DNA of 64,000 bases from an uncultured Chloroflexia bacterium (GCA_963763775.1 CAVXPZ010000001.1:1088001-1152000), one strand, 5' to 3'; counted from the first letter of the stretch, positions 10,063 through 20,140 are shown. Notes: a model not told the origin generated them from the letters alone. A program made the numbers and translations.

Positions 10063-11652
10063 ATGTCCGCGCGACGCTTCGACGGACCGGGGACGACCTG
10101 CCGCGTCTCGGACGGATCCGACCCAGCGCCGGGCCAGGCCATCGCCATCGGCATCGTGATCGGGCTCGCCGGGATCGTCACCAAGGCCTTCGTCAACGCC
10201 CTCATCGGCGGTGAGACCGGGTTCATCGTCCTGACCGGTGCGGTCGTGCTCGCGGCCTGGGTCGGCGGCCGACCGGGCGGCCTGAGCGCGACGCTGGTCG
10301 CGGGGATCGCCAACGCGCTGCTGTTCGTCGGATCGACCGATCCGACCTTCACGCTGACCGGCCTCGATCTCGCCCGCCTGTCGCTCTTCCTCCTGGGCGG
10401 CGTCATCGTCTCGCTGCTGATCGCCTCCCTGCGGTCGTCGCGCGACCGCCTCACGACGTCGCTGACCGAGGTCGGCGCCATGGCCGCCGCCCTCGAGCGT
10501 CGCGACGAGCGCCTCGAGCTGGTGCTCGGGGCGTCGGGCACCGGGTTCTGGGAGTGGGACATCCGGGACGGCAGCCTGACGTGGTCCGAGGCGATCTACC
10601 GCCAGCACGGGCTCGAGCCCACGGATCATGCCCCGACCTTCGAGGAGTACCTCGGGTCGATCCACCCGGACGACCGCGACACCTTCCGGACGACCATCGA
10701 GGAGACGCTGGCGGGCGGCACGTCGTTCAGCCTCGAGTTCCGCCTCCTGTGGCCCGACGACTCCGTCCACTGGACCCACGGCGTGGGCCGGGTGTTCCGC
10801 GACGCGCGGGGCGCGCCGATCCGGATGGTCGGCACCGGCACCGACATCACCGAGGGCCGGCGGCTTGCGGAGGAGCGCGACCGCCTGCTGGCCGAGGAGC
10901 GACGCGCTGGGACGTTCCGCGAGGCCTTCGTGGAGGTCATCTCGCACGAGCTCCGCACGCCCATCACGACGATCCTCGGCCTGACGCATGTCCTGAACCG
11001 GCCGGGACGGGTCGCCGATCCGGCCGAGCAGGCGGTGCTGATCGACGACATCAACGTGGAGTCCGAGCGGCTGCACCGCCTCGTCGAGGACCTGTTGGTG
11101 CTGACCCGCGCGGAACGCGGCGAGTTCGCCATCGAGGCCGAGCCGGTGGAGTTGCGCCGTCTCCTCACGCGCGTGGTCGAGCGCGAGGCCGCCCGGCTTC
11201 CCGGGATCGTCGTCGAGTCCGACATCCCGCCCGACCTCCCGGTCGTCGCCGGCGAGGAGATCTACATCGAGCAGATCGTGCGCAACATGCTGTCGAACGC
11301 GGCCAAGTACACCCCGCTCGGCACCAAGGTCGTGGTCCGCGCGGAGCGACAGGAGGACCAGGTCGCCGTCCGGGTGCTCGACGCCGGCCCCGGGATCGAC
11401 CCGGAGACCGCGGATCACGCCTTCGAGCTGTTCTACCGCGATCCCGTCCGGGCTCGGTCCGTCGCCGGGAGCGGGATCGGCCTCTTCGTCTGCGCCAGCC
11501 TCGCCGAGGCGATGGGCGGCAGGATCTGGGCGCGACCGCGACCCGACGGTGGGTCGGAATTCGGGTTCAGCCTGCGAGTGCTCTCCGATGACGAGACACT
11601 CGCCGCGAGCCCGACCGGGGCGCCGGAGGCCATCGCCGAACGCGTCGGCTGA
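10063..11652 (+). CDS. Membrane sensor histidine kinase (KdpD-type DUF4118 TM + PAS + HisKA + HATPase)
   Basis: Four TM helices; GFWEWDI...IHPDDR PAS; SHELRTPIT; NMLSNAAKY; DAGPGI; GSGIGL. Confidence 0.92.
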   Translation: MSARRFDGPGTTCRVSDGSDPAPGQAIAIGIVIGLAGIVTKAFVNALIGGETGFIVLTGAVVLAAWVGGRPGGLSATLVAGIANALLFVGSTDPTFTLTGLDLARLSLFLLGGVIVSLLIASLRSSRDRLTTSLTEVGAMAAALERRDERLELVLGASGTGFWEWDIRDGSLTWSEAIYRQHGLEPTDHAPTFEEYLGSIHPDDRDTFRTTIEETLAGGTSFSLEFRLLWPDDSVHWTHGVGRVFRDARGAPIRMVGTGTDITEGRRLAEERDRLLAEERRAGTFREAFVEVISHELRTPITTILGLTHVLNRPGRVADPAEQAVLIDDINVESERLHRLVEDLLVLTRAERGEFAIEAEPVELRRLLTRVVEREAARLPGIVVESDIPPDLPVVAGEEIYIEQIVRNMLSNAAKYTPLGTKVVVRAERQEDQVAVRVLDAGPGIDPETADHAFELFYRDPVRARSVAGSGIGLFVCASLAEAMGGRIWARPRPDGGSEFGFSLRVLSDDETLAASPTGAPEAIAERVG

Positions 11653-11688
11653 GCGCGGCCTCAGCGGCGGGGAGTACCGGGCTCCAGG

Positions 11689-14379
11689 CTAGAGGGCGGC
11701 CGGGTCGAGCTTGTCGGGGTCGACACCGAGCGTCCTGATCGCCTTGGCCGCCTTCGAGGCGTCCATCGCCCCGCAGCGCGCGAGGGCGGACAGCGTGGCG
11801 GCGGCGATGTGCGGCGGGTCGATCTCGAACAGCGTCCGCAAGGCCTCCCGCGTGTCGCTCCGGCCGAAGCCGTCCGTGCCCAGGGCGACGTAGTGCGGCG
11901 GCAGCCACCGGCTGACCATGTCCGGCAACGCCTTCATCCAGTCCGTCGCGGCCACGATCGGGCCGCCGTCGAATGGCAGGACCTGGCTCACGACCGGGAC
12001 GCGCGGGGCCTTCGCGTCGGGCTGGAAGCGGTTCGCCCGCTCCGCCTGGAGCGCCTCGCGGCGCAGGAGCGGGAACGACGGCGCGCTGTAGACCTCCGCG
12101 GCGACGCCGTACTGCTCCGCGAGGAGGTCGCGGGCCGCGAGGACCTGCTGGAGGATCGAGCCGGAGCCGATCAGTCGCGCCGGGTGGCTGCCGCGTCCGG
12201 TGTCCGGCGCCGCGGCGAACCGGTAGATCCCGCGGAGGATGTCCTCGTTGGTGATCCCCTCCGGGCGCGCCGGCTGCGCGTAGTTCTCGTTGTAGAGCGT
12301 GACGTAGTAGAAGACGTCCTCGGGCTTGGGGCCGTACATCCGCTCGATGCCGTCGCGGACCACGGCCGCCAGCTCGTAGGCGAAGGCCGGGTCGTACGCC
12401 CGGATGTTCGGGATCGTCGAGGCGAGGATGTGGGTCTGCCCGTCGTCGTGCTGGAGACCCTCGCCGGTCAGCGTGGTCCGCCCGGCCGTCGCCCCCATGA
12501 GGAAGCCGCGCCCACGGGCGTCGGCGAACGCCCACATCTGGTCGCCGGTCCGCTGGAACCCGAACATCGAGTAGAAGATGTAGAACGGGATGGTCGCGAG
12601 GCCATGGCTCGCGTAGGCCGTGCCGGCCGCCTGGAACGAGGCCATCGAGCCCGCCTCGGTGATGCCTTCCTCGAGGACCTGGCCGTCGGTCGCCTCGCGA
12701 TAGGACAGCACGAGATCGGAGTCGACCGGCTCGTAGCGCTGGCCGAGCGCGGAGTAGATCCCGACCTCCTTGAACAGCGGGTCCAGGCCGAAGGTGCGGG
12801 CCTCGTCCGGGATGATCGGCACGATCCTCGAGCCGAGCTCCTTGTCACGGATGAGGTTGCGCAGGACCCGCGCGAACACCATCGTCGTCGAGACCGGCGT
12901 CGGGCTGCCGGCCGCGAACTCCGCGTCGATCGCGGGCGGCGGCGGCGGGAGCGGCTTCGAGCGGACCACGCGCTTGGGGAGCGGCCCACCCAGCGCCCGG
13001 CGGCGCTCCATGAGGTACTCCACCTCCTCGGACTTGGGGCCGGGGTGGTAGTACGGGGCGTCCTTGAGCTTGGCGTCGGGGATCGGCAGGTGGATCCGGT
13101 CGCGGAAGATCCTGAGCTCGGCTTCGGACAGCTTCTTGGCCTGGTGGGTGATGTTCCGCGCCTCGACGCCGGGGCCGAGCGTCCAGCCCTTGACGGTCTT
13201 CGCGAGGATGACCGTGGGAGCGCCCTTGAACTCGGTCGCGGCCTTGTACGCCGCGTAGACCTTCCGGTAGTCGTGGCCGCCTCGGCGGAGCTTGGCGAGC
13301 TCGTCGTCGGACAGGTGCTCGACGAGCCGGCGCAGCCGCGGATCCGGGCCGAAGAAGTGCTCGCGGATGTAGGCGCCGCCGGCGACCGAGAACTTCTGGA
13401 ACTCGCCATCGAGCGTGTCGTTCATCTGCTGCACGAGCAGCCCGTCCACGTCCCGGGCCAGCAGGTCGTCCCACTCGCGGGCCCAGATCACCTTGATGAC
13501 GTTCCACCCCGCGCCGCGGAAGACCGCCTCCAGCTCCTGGATGATCTTGCCGTTGCCCCGGACCGGGCCGTCCAGCCGCTGCAGGTTGCAGTTGATGACG
13601 AAGGTCAGGTTGTCGAGGCCCTCACGCGCGGCGATCGACAACGCGCCGAGCGATTCGGGCTCGTCGGTCTCGCCGTCGCCGAGGAAGGCCCAGACCCGGG
13701 ACTTCGAGGTATCGAGCATGCCGCGGTTGTGGAGGTAACGGTTGAACCGCGCCTGGTAGATGGCGCTGATCGGCCCGAGGCCCATCGAGACCGTCGGGTA
13801 CTCCCAGAACTCGGGCATCAGCCGGGGATGCGGATACGACGACAGGCCCCGGCCCGGCGTCGTCTCGCGGCGGAAGTGGTCGAGCTGGTCCTCGGTCAGA
13901 CGGCCCTCGAGGAACGCTCGCGCGTACATCCCGGGCGCCGCGTGACCCTGGTAGAAGATCTGGTCGCCGCCACCCTCCGCGTCCTTGCCGCGGAAGAAGT
14001 GGTTGAACCCGGTCTCGTACAGGCTGGCGGAGCTGGCGTACGTGGAGAGGTGCCCGCCGAGGCCCGCGAACCGGGTGTTGCCGCGCAGGACCATCGCGAC
14101 CGCGTTCCAGCGGATGATGCGGCGGATCCGGAGCTCGATGGCCTCGTCGCCCGGGAAGTCCGGCTCCTGCTCGGGGCTGATCGTGTTGATGTAGCGGGTC
14201 TGCGTCAGGGGCGGCAGGCCGATCTGGAGCTGGCGCGCGCGCTTGAGCAGCTTGTAGATGAGGAAGCGGGCCCGAACCTCCCCTTCCTGCTCGACGACCT
14301 GGTCGAGGGAGGAGAGCCATTCGTCGGTCTCGTCGGGGTCGATGTCCGGCAGCTGATGCTTGAACTGGTCGAAGTACAT
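11689..14379 (-). CDS. aceE: Pyruvate dehydrogenase E1, homodimeric type
   Basis: DIDPDETDEW, GGHLSTYAS, SSYPHPRLMP, GDGETDEPES (TPP motif), PDEARTFG, GEGLQHDDG, GTDGFGRSDTR. Confidence 0.96.
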   Translation of the reverse strand: MYFDQFKHQLPDIDPDETDEWLSSLDQVVEQEGEVRARFLIYKLLKRARQLQIGLPPLTQTRYINTISPEQEPDFPGDEAIELRIRRIIRWNAVAMVLRGNTRFAGLGGHLSTYASSASLYETGFNHFFRGKDAEGGGDQIFYQGHAAPGMYARAFLEGRLTEDQLDHFRRETTPGRGLSSYPHPRLMPEFWEYPTVSMGLGPISAIYQARFNRYLHNRGMLDTSKSRVWAFLGDGETDEPESLGALSIAAREGLDNLTFVINCNLQRLDGPVRGNGKIIQELEAVFRGAGWNVIKVIWAREWDDLLARDVDGLLVQQMNDTLDGEFQKFSVAGGAYIREHFFGPDPRLRRLVEHLSDDELAKLRRGGHDYRKVYAAYKAATEFKGAPTVILAKTVKGWTLGPGVEARNITHQAKKLSEAELRIFRDRIHLPIPDAKLKDAPYYHPGPKSEEVEYLMERRRALGGPLPKRVVRSKPLPPPPPAIDAEFAAGSPTPVSTTMVFARVLRNLIRDKELGSRIVPIIPDEARTFGLDPLFKEVGIYSALGQRYEPVDSDLVLSYREATDGQVLEEGITEAGSMASFQAAGTAYASHGLATIPFYIFYSMFGFQRTGDQMWAFADARGRGFLMGATAGRTTLTGEGLQHDDGQTHILASTIPNIRAYDPAFAYELAAVVRDGIERMYGPKPEDVFYYVTLYNENYAQPARPEGITNEDILRGIYRFAAAPDTGRGSHPARLIGSGSILQQVLAARDLLAEQYGVAAEVYSAPSFPLLRREALQAERANRFQPDAKAPRVPVVSQVLPFDGGPIVAATDWMKALPDMVSRWLPPHYVALGTDGFGRSDTREALRTLFEIDPPHIAAATLSALARCGAMDASKAAKAIRTLGVDPDKLDPAAL

Positions 14380-14456
14380 GTCGCCCCGCAGGGTAGCCCA
14401 TCTCGCTCCAGGACGAAGGTGGCGACGCGGTGCCGAACGCCGCGTCACGCGGACGA

Positions 14457-14476
14457 CTGCAATGCTCCTGCAATGC
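14457..14476. promoter_or_regulatory. Putative OmpR/PhoB-type tandem binding box
   Basis: CTGCAATGC repeated exactly with an 11-bp period between divergent aceE and the response regulator. Confidence 0.5.
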
Positions 14477-14598
14477 GGAAGCCACGCCCGGAGACCATGC
14501 GCGAGACCGGCGGCCGCCATGCTGCCCGAAACGAACCGCGTTCCGTTCGCTCGCCGCGCGCGCGTACGTCACCATGTGACCGACCCAGGAGGTGCGGG

Positions 14599-15360
14599 GT
14601 GAGTACCCAGCCACTCGTGCTCGTCGCCGACGACGAGCCCAGGATCACGAAACTCGTCTCGATCGCCCTCGGCGAAGAGGGCTTCCGCGTGGTCACCGCG
14701 ACCAGCGGCGAGGAGGCCCTGCTGCGGGCCGAGGAAGTCCGCCCGGACATCGTCCTGCTCGACATCGTCATGCCCGACCTGGATGGCATCGAGGTGATGC
14801 GCCAGCTCCGCGAGCGACGACCGGTCGCCGTCATCCTGCTGACCGCGAAGGGCTCGACGGCCGACAAGGCCATGGGCCTGGACCTGGGCGCCGACGACTA
14901 CATCGCCAAGCCGTTCCACCCCGATGAGCTTGCGGCCCGCGTCCGCGCTGTGCTCCGACGCTCGGCCGGCGCGCAGCCCGGCTCGGGGACCCTCCGATTC
15001 GACGACGTCGAGATCGACCTCGAGCGCCGGATGGTCACCCGAGACGGGCAGCTCGTGCAGTTGTCCCGCACGGAGTGGCTGCTCCTCCAGCACCTCGCGG
15101 CCAACGCGGGCAGGGTCGTCCTCCACACCGAACTGCTGACCAAGGTCTGGGGTCCCGAATATCGCGACGACCTGCAGTACCTGCGAGTCTGGATCTCCCG
15201 GGTGCGCCGCAAGCTCGGCGCCCAGCCCGGTGAGCCCGGGCGCATCAAGACATTCCAGGGGATCGGCTATCTCCTCGACGTCGACCCGGCCCAGCCGACC
15301 GTGCCGTCGAACGCCGACGTCGACGCCGACCGCACCGAGGATCCCGCGCTCATCGGCTGA
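14599..15360 (+). CDS. Two-component response regulator, OmpR/KdpE-like
   Basis: GTG after AGGAGG; LVADDE, LLDIVMP, GADDYIAKPF, KVWGPEY...YLRVWISRVRRKL. Confidence 0.93.
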   Translation: MSTQPLVLVADDEPRITKLVSIALGEEGFRVVTATSGEEALLRAEEVRPDIVLLDIVMPDLDGIEVMRQLRERRPVAVILLTAKGSTADKAMGLDLGADDYIAKPFHPDELAARVRAVLRRSAGAQPGSGTLRFDDVEIDLERRMVTRDGQLVQLSRTEWLLLQHLAANAGRVVLHTELLTKVWGPEYRDDLQYLRVWISRVRRKLGAQPGEPGRIKTFQGIGYLLDVDPAQPTVPSNADVDADRTEDPALIG

Positions 15361-15401
15361 ACCTCGGCGTCCGCTCAGGCTGGGCGCGGTACGCTCCGGG
15401 C

Positions 15402-16007
15402 ATGCAGCGCTACGGCCCGACGACCGCCCTGATCGTCGTCGACGTCCAGAACGACTTCGCGGACCCGGCCGGCGGGCTCAGCGTGGCCGGCGGCGACGCC
15501 ATCGTCCCGACCGTGGACGGCGAGATCGCGATGGCCGTGAGCAACGGCGCCTTCGTCGTCCTGACCCAGGACTGGCACCCGGCCTCGACGCCGCACTTCG
15601 CCAAGGACGGCGGCATCTGGCCGGTCCACTGTGTCGCCGACACGTGGGGCGCGGCGCTGCACCCGGCGCTGACCGCGCCCGACGACGCGCCGCGTGTTCG
15701 CAAGGGCGCCAACGGCGAGGATGGCTACTCGGGGTTCACGATGCGCGACCCACTCACCGGGGAGACGCGACCGACCGAGCTGGACGCCCTCCTGCGCGAA
15801 CGTGGCGTCGAGCGCGTCGTGGTCGTCGGGCTCGCCACCGACTACTGCGTGAAAGCCACGGCGCTCGACGCCGTCCGGCTCGGGTTCGAGACCTCGGTGC
15901 TGACCGACGCGATCGCCGCGGTCGACCTGGCGCCGGGCGACGGCGACCGGGCGATCGCCGAGATGGCCGACGCCGGCGTGACGATGTGGCGGACGGTGAT
16001 GCGATGA
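15402..16007 (+). CDS. pncA: Nicotinamidase/pyrazinamidase (isochorismatase family)
   Basis: VVDVQNDF, TQDWHP, WPVHCV, GYSGF, GLATDYCV. Confidence 0.88.
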   Translation: MQRYGPTTALIVVDVQNDFADPAGGLSVAGGDAIVPTVDGEIAMAVSNGAFVVLTQDWHPASTPHFAKDGGIWPVHCVADTWGAALHPALTAPDDAPRVRKGANGEDGYSGFTMRDPLTGETRPTELDALLRERGVERVVVVGLATDYCVKATALDAVRLGFETSVLTDAIAAVDLAPGDGDRAIAEMADAGVTMWRTVMR

Positions 16008-16549
16008 GGCGGAGCGTCGTCCGCCTCGGGATCCTTGGCGTGATCGCGGCGATGGGCGCCGACGAGTTCCTGCGCCGCCGCGCCGCCGGTGGCGAGCCCG
16101 ATCCCATCCGGAGCCTCGTCGTCATCGACGCGCCGATCGAGCGCGTGTGGGCGGTCGTCGCCGACGTCGAGGGCCAACCCCGCTGGATGCTCGACATGAA
16201 GTCGATCCGACTGACGACGCCGGGCCAGATCCGCGTCGGGACGACGGGTCAGGCGACGGTCCGCATCCTCGGCATCAGCACCACCGACCCGGTCACCATC
16301 ACGGAGTTCGCGCCGCCGAGCCGGTTCGCGATCCGCCACGAGGGCTCGTTCAAGGGCCGCGGGTTGATCACCCTCGAGTCGGGCGTGGACGGGACCACCA
16401 CCATCGTGCGCTGGGAGGAGACGCTCATCGGCCCGGTGTTCCCGTTCCTCGGCGCCATCGTGCAGCGGCCGATCCTCGGGGCGATCTTCCAGGCGGACCT
16501 GGTGCGGCTGCGCGAGCTCGTCGAGTCGGGCGAGTCGGGCGAGGGCTGA
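16004..16549 (+). CDS. SRPBCC family protein
   Basis: VVIDAPIERVWAVVADVEGQPRW; ATGA overlap with pncA. Confidence 0.85.
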   Translation: MRRSVVRLGILGVIAAMGADEFLRRRAAGGEPDPIRSLVVIDAPIERVWAVVADVEGQPRWMLDMKSIRLTTPGQIRVGTTGQATVRILGISTTDPVTITEFAPPSRFAIRHEGSFKGRGLITLESGVDGTTTIVRWEETLIGPVFPFLGAIVQRPILGAIFQADLVRLRELVESGESGEG

Positions 16550-16557
16550 CCGACATC

Positions 16558-17463
16558 GTGCAGGTCCACCTCGTCGACGCGACCTACGAGCTGTTCCGGG
16601 CCCACTACGCGCCCCGGCCCCCGGTGCTCGGTCGGGATGGGATCAACCTCTCGGGCGTCTCTGGCCTGTGCGACCAGCTGTTCTACCTGCTCCGCGACGA
16701 GGGCGCGACGCACATCGGGTGCGCGACGGATCGAGTGATCGAGTCGTTCCGGAACGACCTCTATGCGGGCTACAAGTCATCGGCCGGGATGCCGCCCGAG
16801 CTGCTCGCGCAGTTCCCCATCGCCGAGGCCGCGGTCGAGGCGCTCGGCGCGGTCCTTTGGCCGATGGTCGAGTTCGAGGCCGACGATGCGATCGGGGCCG
16901 CGGCCTTCCGCTTCGCCGAGGACCCGCGCGTGGAGCGGATCTTCGTGTGCACGCCCGACAAGGACATGGCCCAGCTCGTCCGCGACGACCGCGTGGTCCT
17001 GTGGGATCGGCGACGGAACATCACGTACGACGATGCGGGCGTCCGTGAGAAGTGGGGCGTGGCGCCGACCTCGATCCCGGACTGGCTCGGGCTCGTCGGC
17101 GATTCCTCCGACGGATTCCCAGGGCTGCCGGGGTGGGGCGCGAAATCCGCGGCCGCGGTCCTGTTGCGCTACGGCCACTACGAGGCCATCCCGCCGAAGG
17201 CGTCGGCGTGGGAGGTGCCGGGCGTGGGCGGCTCGCGCGCGGCGACCCTCGCGGCCACGCTCCGCGACCACTGGGACGAGGCTCTTCTATACCGCGATCT
17301 CGCGCGGCTGCGCACCGTCGAGGACGGGGTGCCGATCCGCCAGGCCGATGTCGACGAGCTGCGCTGGGACGGCGCGCCGCGCGCCGAATGGGAGGCCTTC
17401 TGCGAGGAATGGGGCCTGCCGCGACTCCGCTCCAGGCCCCATCGCTGGCTGTCCGAGGGCTGA
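16558..17463 (+). CDS. Stand-alone 5'-3' exonuclease / flap endonuclease (PolA N-terminal-like)
   Basis: HLVDATYELFR, FEADDAIG, TPDKDMAQL, LVGDSSDGFPGLPGWGAKSA (H3TH). Confidence 0.92.
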   Translation: MQVHLVDATYELFRAHYAPRPPVLGRDGINLSGVSGLCDQLFYLLRDEGATHIGCATDRVIESFRNDLYAGYKSSAGMPPELLAQFPIAEAAVEALGAVLWPMVEFEADDAIGAAAFRFAEDPRVERIFVCTPDKDMAQLVRDDRVVLWDRRRNITYDDAGVREKWGVAPTSIPDWLGLVGDSSDGFPGLPGWGAKSAAAVLLRYGHYEAIPPKASAWEVPGVGGSRAATLAATLRDHWDEALLYRDLARLRTVEDGVPIRQADVDELRWDGAPRAEWEAFCEEWGLPRLRSRPHRWLSEG

Positions 17464-17650
17464 GGCCCTCCGCCGGTCCCGCGCCGGATCCGCACCCGCG
17501 GCACGTTCTCGTGCCATGCGACGAAGGAGCGGGCTCGAGGACCGGGCTCGGCCGTCGATCGGCCCCGACGGCATGCCGATCGACACCGGAACGCCCGCTC
17601 CGGGGTCGGTTGGCACGGATCCGTGCCGAGTCCGAGGCTCGGTCAGGTCC

Positions 17651-19009
17651 CTACGGCGTCGGCGTCACCCGGATCAGGTCGTTGCCCTCACTGAGCGCGA
17701 CCCACAGGGTGGCGTCCGGTGCGACCGCGACCGATGCCTCGGTCGGCGCGTCGTCCTCCTCGGGGACCGGCAGTTCTGATTGCGCAGTGACGTCGCCGGT
17801 CGCGGGGTCGAGGCGTTGGATCAGGTAGTTCCACGACCCGGAGACCCAGACCGCGTCGGAGCCGATCGCCAGCCTCGGGAACGTCTGCGTCGGATGAGCC
17901 TCGACCTGCCCGGTCGCCGGGTCGTACGACTTCACTGACTGACTGCCCGCGACCCAGATCCGACCGAAGCCCGCCCCCACGTCCGCGGTCGCATCGGAGT
18001 CCGCCGGATCGCCGGCCGTGATGTCGATCGTCTCGACGACGGTGTTCGAGGCGGGGTCGATCCGCAGGAGGGTCCTCGCGTGCCGGTCCGTGACCCAGAT
18101 CGACCCGTTCATCGCCGCGACGCCCCACGGATGAACGTCGAGCGGGATCGTGGCCTGGAGCCGCTTGCCCGGCGAGAGTGCTGTCCGCCGCCGTCCGTCT
18201 GTGGGTCGATGCGCATGACGCGGTCGCCGGTCTGGTCGACCACCCAGAGGCTCCCGGCGGCATCGACGATCCCGACCGGTGAGCCACCGATGTCGACCTT
18301 CTCAGCGACGGTGTTCGTCGTCGGGTCGATCCGCACGAGGGCGCCCGGATCCTGGACCGTCGTCCAGATCGAGCCGTCCGCGAACCACAGTCGGTGCGGA
18401 TACGAACCGACCTGGATCTCCGTGATGACCGCGTCGGTCGCGGGGTCGAGGCGCATGACGCCGTCTCGCGTCGTGGCCCAGACCGAGCCGTCGGCCACGG
18501 TGACGCTGCTCACGCAGTCGCTCAGGACGATCAGGGCACAGTCCGCGGACGAACGACCCACCCTGGCACGGCCGGTCAGGGCCCGCACGTCGCCGACCGC
18601 CGCGACCATCGGGATCGACGTCGGCACGACGACCGCCGGCGCCCCGCTCGGCAGGGCGACCCCTGACGGCAGCACCACGGCGTCATGCCGCGAGCCGGCG
18701 CCGACGACAGCGACCCCGATGATGGCCACGACCGCCGCCGCCGCGAACGCGACTCGGCGCACGGAGGCGACGGGTCCTCGGTGGATGCGCCGACGCCACT
18801 CGACCTCGACCCGCTCCCGCATGCCCGGGTGCGGTGTCGCCCAAGGCTGCTCCACGAGGCGGGTGGCCTGCAAGCGGACCCGCTGCACGTCGCGACGGCA
18901 GTCGGGGCACGTCAGCGAGGTGGGCGTCGAGCCCGGTTCGCTCGTCCGCCGTCAGCCCGAAATCGATCGAGGTCGCCGCGAGGATCAGCATGCGTCGATG
19001 GGTGGTCAT
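17651..19009 (-). CDS. Zinc-finger anti-sigma factor with TM helix and extracellular beta-propeller; frameshifted
   Basis: Reconstructed HLADCPDC (HxxxCxxC), TM AFAAAAVVAIIGVAVV, repeated GSVW/GSIW/GSLW...RIDP.TN blades; ATGA overlap with the sigma gene. Confidence 0.8.
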
Positions 19010-19509
19010 GCGAGGTCTCCGTCCTGGAGGAAGTCCTTGAGGAGAAGGCGGGCCCGCCACAGGATGTTCCGCGTGGCCCCCTCGCTCTTGTGGAGGATCG
19101 TTGCGATCTCGCGACCGGTGAAGCCCTGTGCGGCGAGCAGCAGGGCCGCTCGGTGGTCCTTGGGCAACCGCTCGAGGGCGGCCGTCAGGTCGGCATGGCG
19201 CTCCATCCGCAGCACGGTCTCCTCGGCGCCCTCGTCGGTCTCCTCTTCGACGGCCCTGCCAGCGACGAGCCGCTGCCATCGGTCGACGATCGCCCGCCGT
19301 CGCGACCGGCTGAACGCGAGGTTCGTGCAGACGCGATAGAGCCACGCCCGGGGGTCGTCGGGCGCCCGGCCCGCGACATGTTCGCGGACCAGTCGGGCGA
19401 ACGCCTCGTGGACCACGTCCTCCGCCGCGGACAGGTCGTGGGTGAGCGATGCTGCGTACGAGAAGAGGCCCAGGTGGCAGGCGTCGTAGACGTCCGCGAT
19501 GTCGTCCAT
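19006..19509 (-). CDS. ECF RNA polymerase sigma factor (sigma-70 group 4)
   Basis: AEDVVHEAF, WLYRVCTN (region 2); LERLP...GFTGREIATIL...GATRNILWRAR (region 4). Confidence 0.92.
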   Translation of the reverse strand: MDDIADVYDACHLGLFSYAASLTHDLSAAEDVVHEAFARLVREHVAGRAPDDPRAWLYRVCTNLAFSRSRRRAIVDRWQRLVAGRAVEEETDEGAEETVLRMERHADLTAALERLPKDHRAALLLAAQGFTGREIATILHKSEGATRNILWRARLLLKDFLQDGDLA

Positions 19510-19659
19510 CCGACTCGGGCATGACGCGGATGACGGCACCGGCCGGCGACGCCGCGTCGCGACTCGGACGCGGACCGACCGACACGACCGCGAGCACCGG
19601 CCCGACTGCGCGGATCGGTGTCTCGAAGCTCAGCGATGTCGCACGTCCATCAAGCCCAT

Positions 19660-19685
19660 GACGAAGGTTGCCGGGCCATTGTCAC
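19660..19685 (-). promoter_or_regulatory. Putative ECF promoter for the sigma/anti-sigma operon
   Basis: Minus strand GTGACA-N16-CGTC. Confidence 0.55.
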
Positions 19686-19699
19686 AGGCACGCGTCCCC

Positions 19700-19724
19700 G
19701 TGACATCGCGGACGATGGGACGTC
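19700..19724 (+). promoter_or_regulatory. Putative ECF promoter for the small protein gene
   Basis: Plus strand GTGACA-N15-CGTC, mirror of the divergent site. Confidence 0.55.
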
Positions 19725-19814
19725 TTGGACATCGACAAGGGCAAGCCGGCCGGCACGCCAGTCCTCACCGCATCCGGGGATCCCGAGATGCCGCTACCGA
19801 GGGGAGATCCAGCC

Positions 19815-20036
19815 ATGACCGTCCAGACGACTGCCCGCCCGGCCACATCGCGCACCCGCGTCGCGCCGTTGCTCGTGGTGATCATCGCGATCGTCGCCTT
19901 CGCCGCGGGGCTCGGCCTCGCGAACATCACGCACGCCAGCACGGCATCCACGGCCGCTGCCGGCGCCGGCGCCGCCGCAGCCGCCGCCCCGACCTTCGAC
20001 GCGGTCCAGTTCCGCGCCGAGGAGCGCCAGCCCTAA
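19815..20036 (+). CDS. Small membrane-anchored or secreted hypothetical protein
   Basis: SD GGGGAG; 73 aa with one TM/signal segment, Ala-rich linker and C-terminal FDAVQFRAEER. Confidence 0.7.
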   Translation: MTVQTTARPATSRTRVAPLLVVIIAIVAFAAGLGLANITHASTASTAAAGAGAAAAAAPTFDAVQFRAEERQP

Positions 20037-20106
20037 GACCATCGCGGGGCGACCCCCCGCCCGAACCACGCTTTCCAGGCGTCGCGCGCAGGTGACGCCG
20101 CCGAGT

Positions 20107-20140
20107 CGAGGCCGTCCGCGGACAACCGCGGACGGCCTCG
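20107..20140. terminator. Strong hairpin between convergent genes
   Basis: Perfect 15-bp stem CGAGGCCGTCCGCGG-ACAA-CCGCGGACGGCCTCG. Confidence 0.6.

Noticed and set aside
11809-14598. Upstream part of the 1183-aa plus-strand ORF 11809..15360
   Set aside because: Antisense shadow of aceE; only the last 253 codons (response regulator, GTG at 14599 with SD) are credible.
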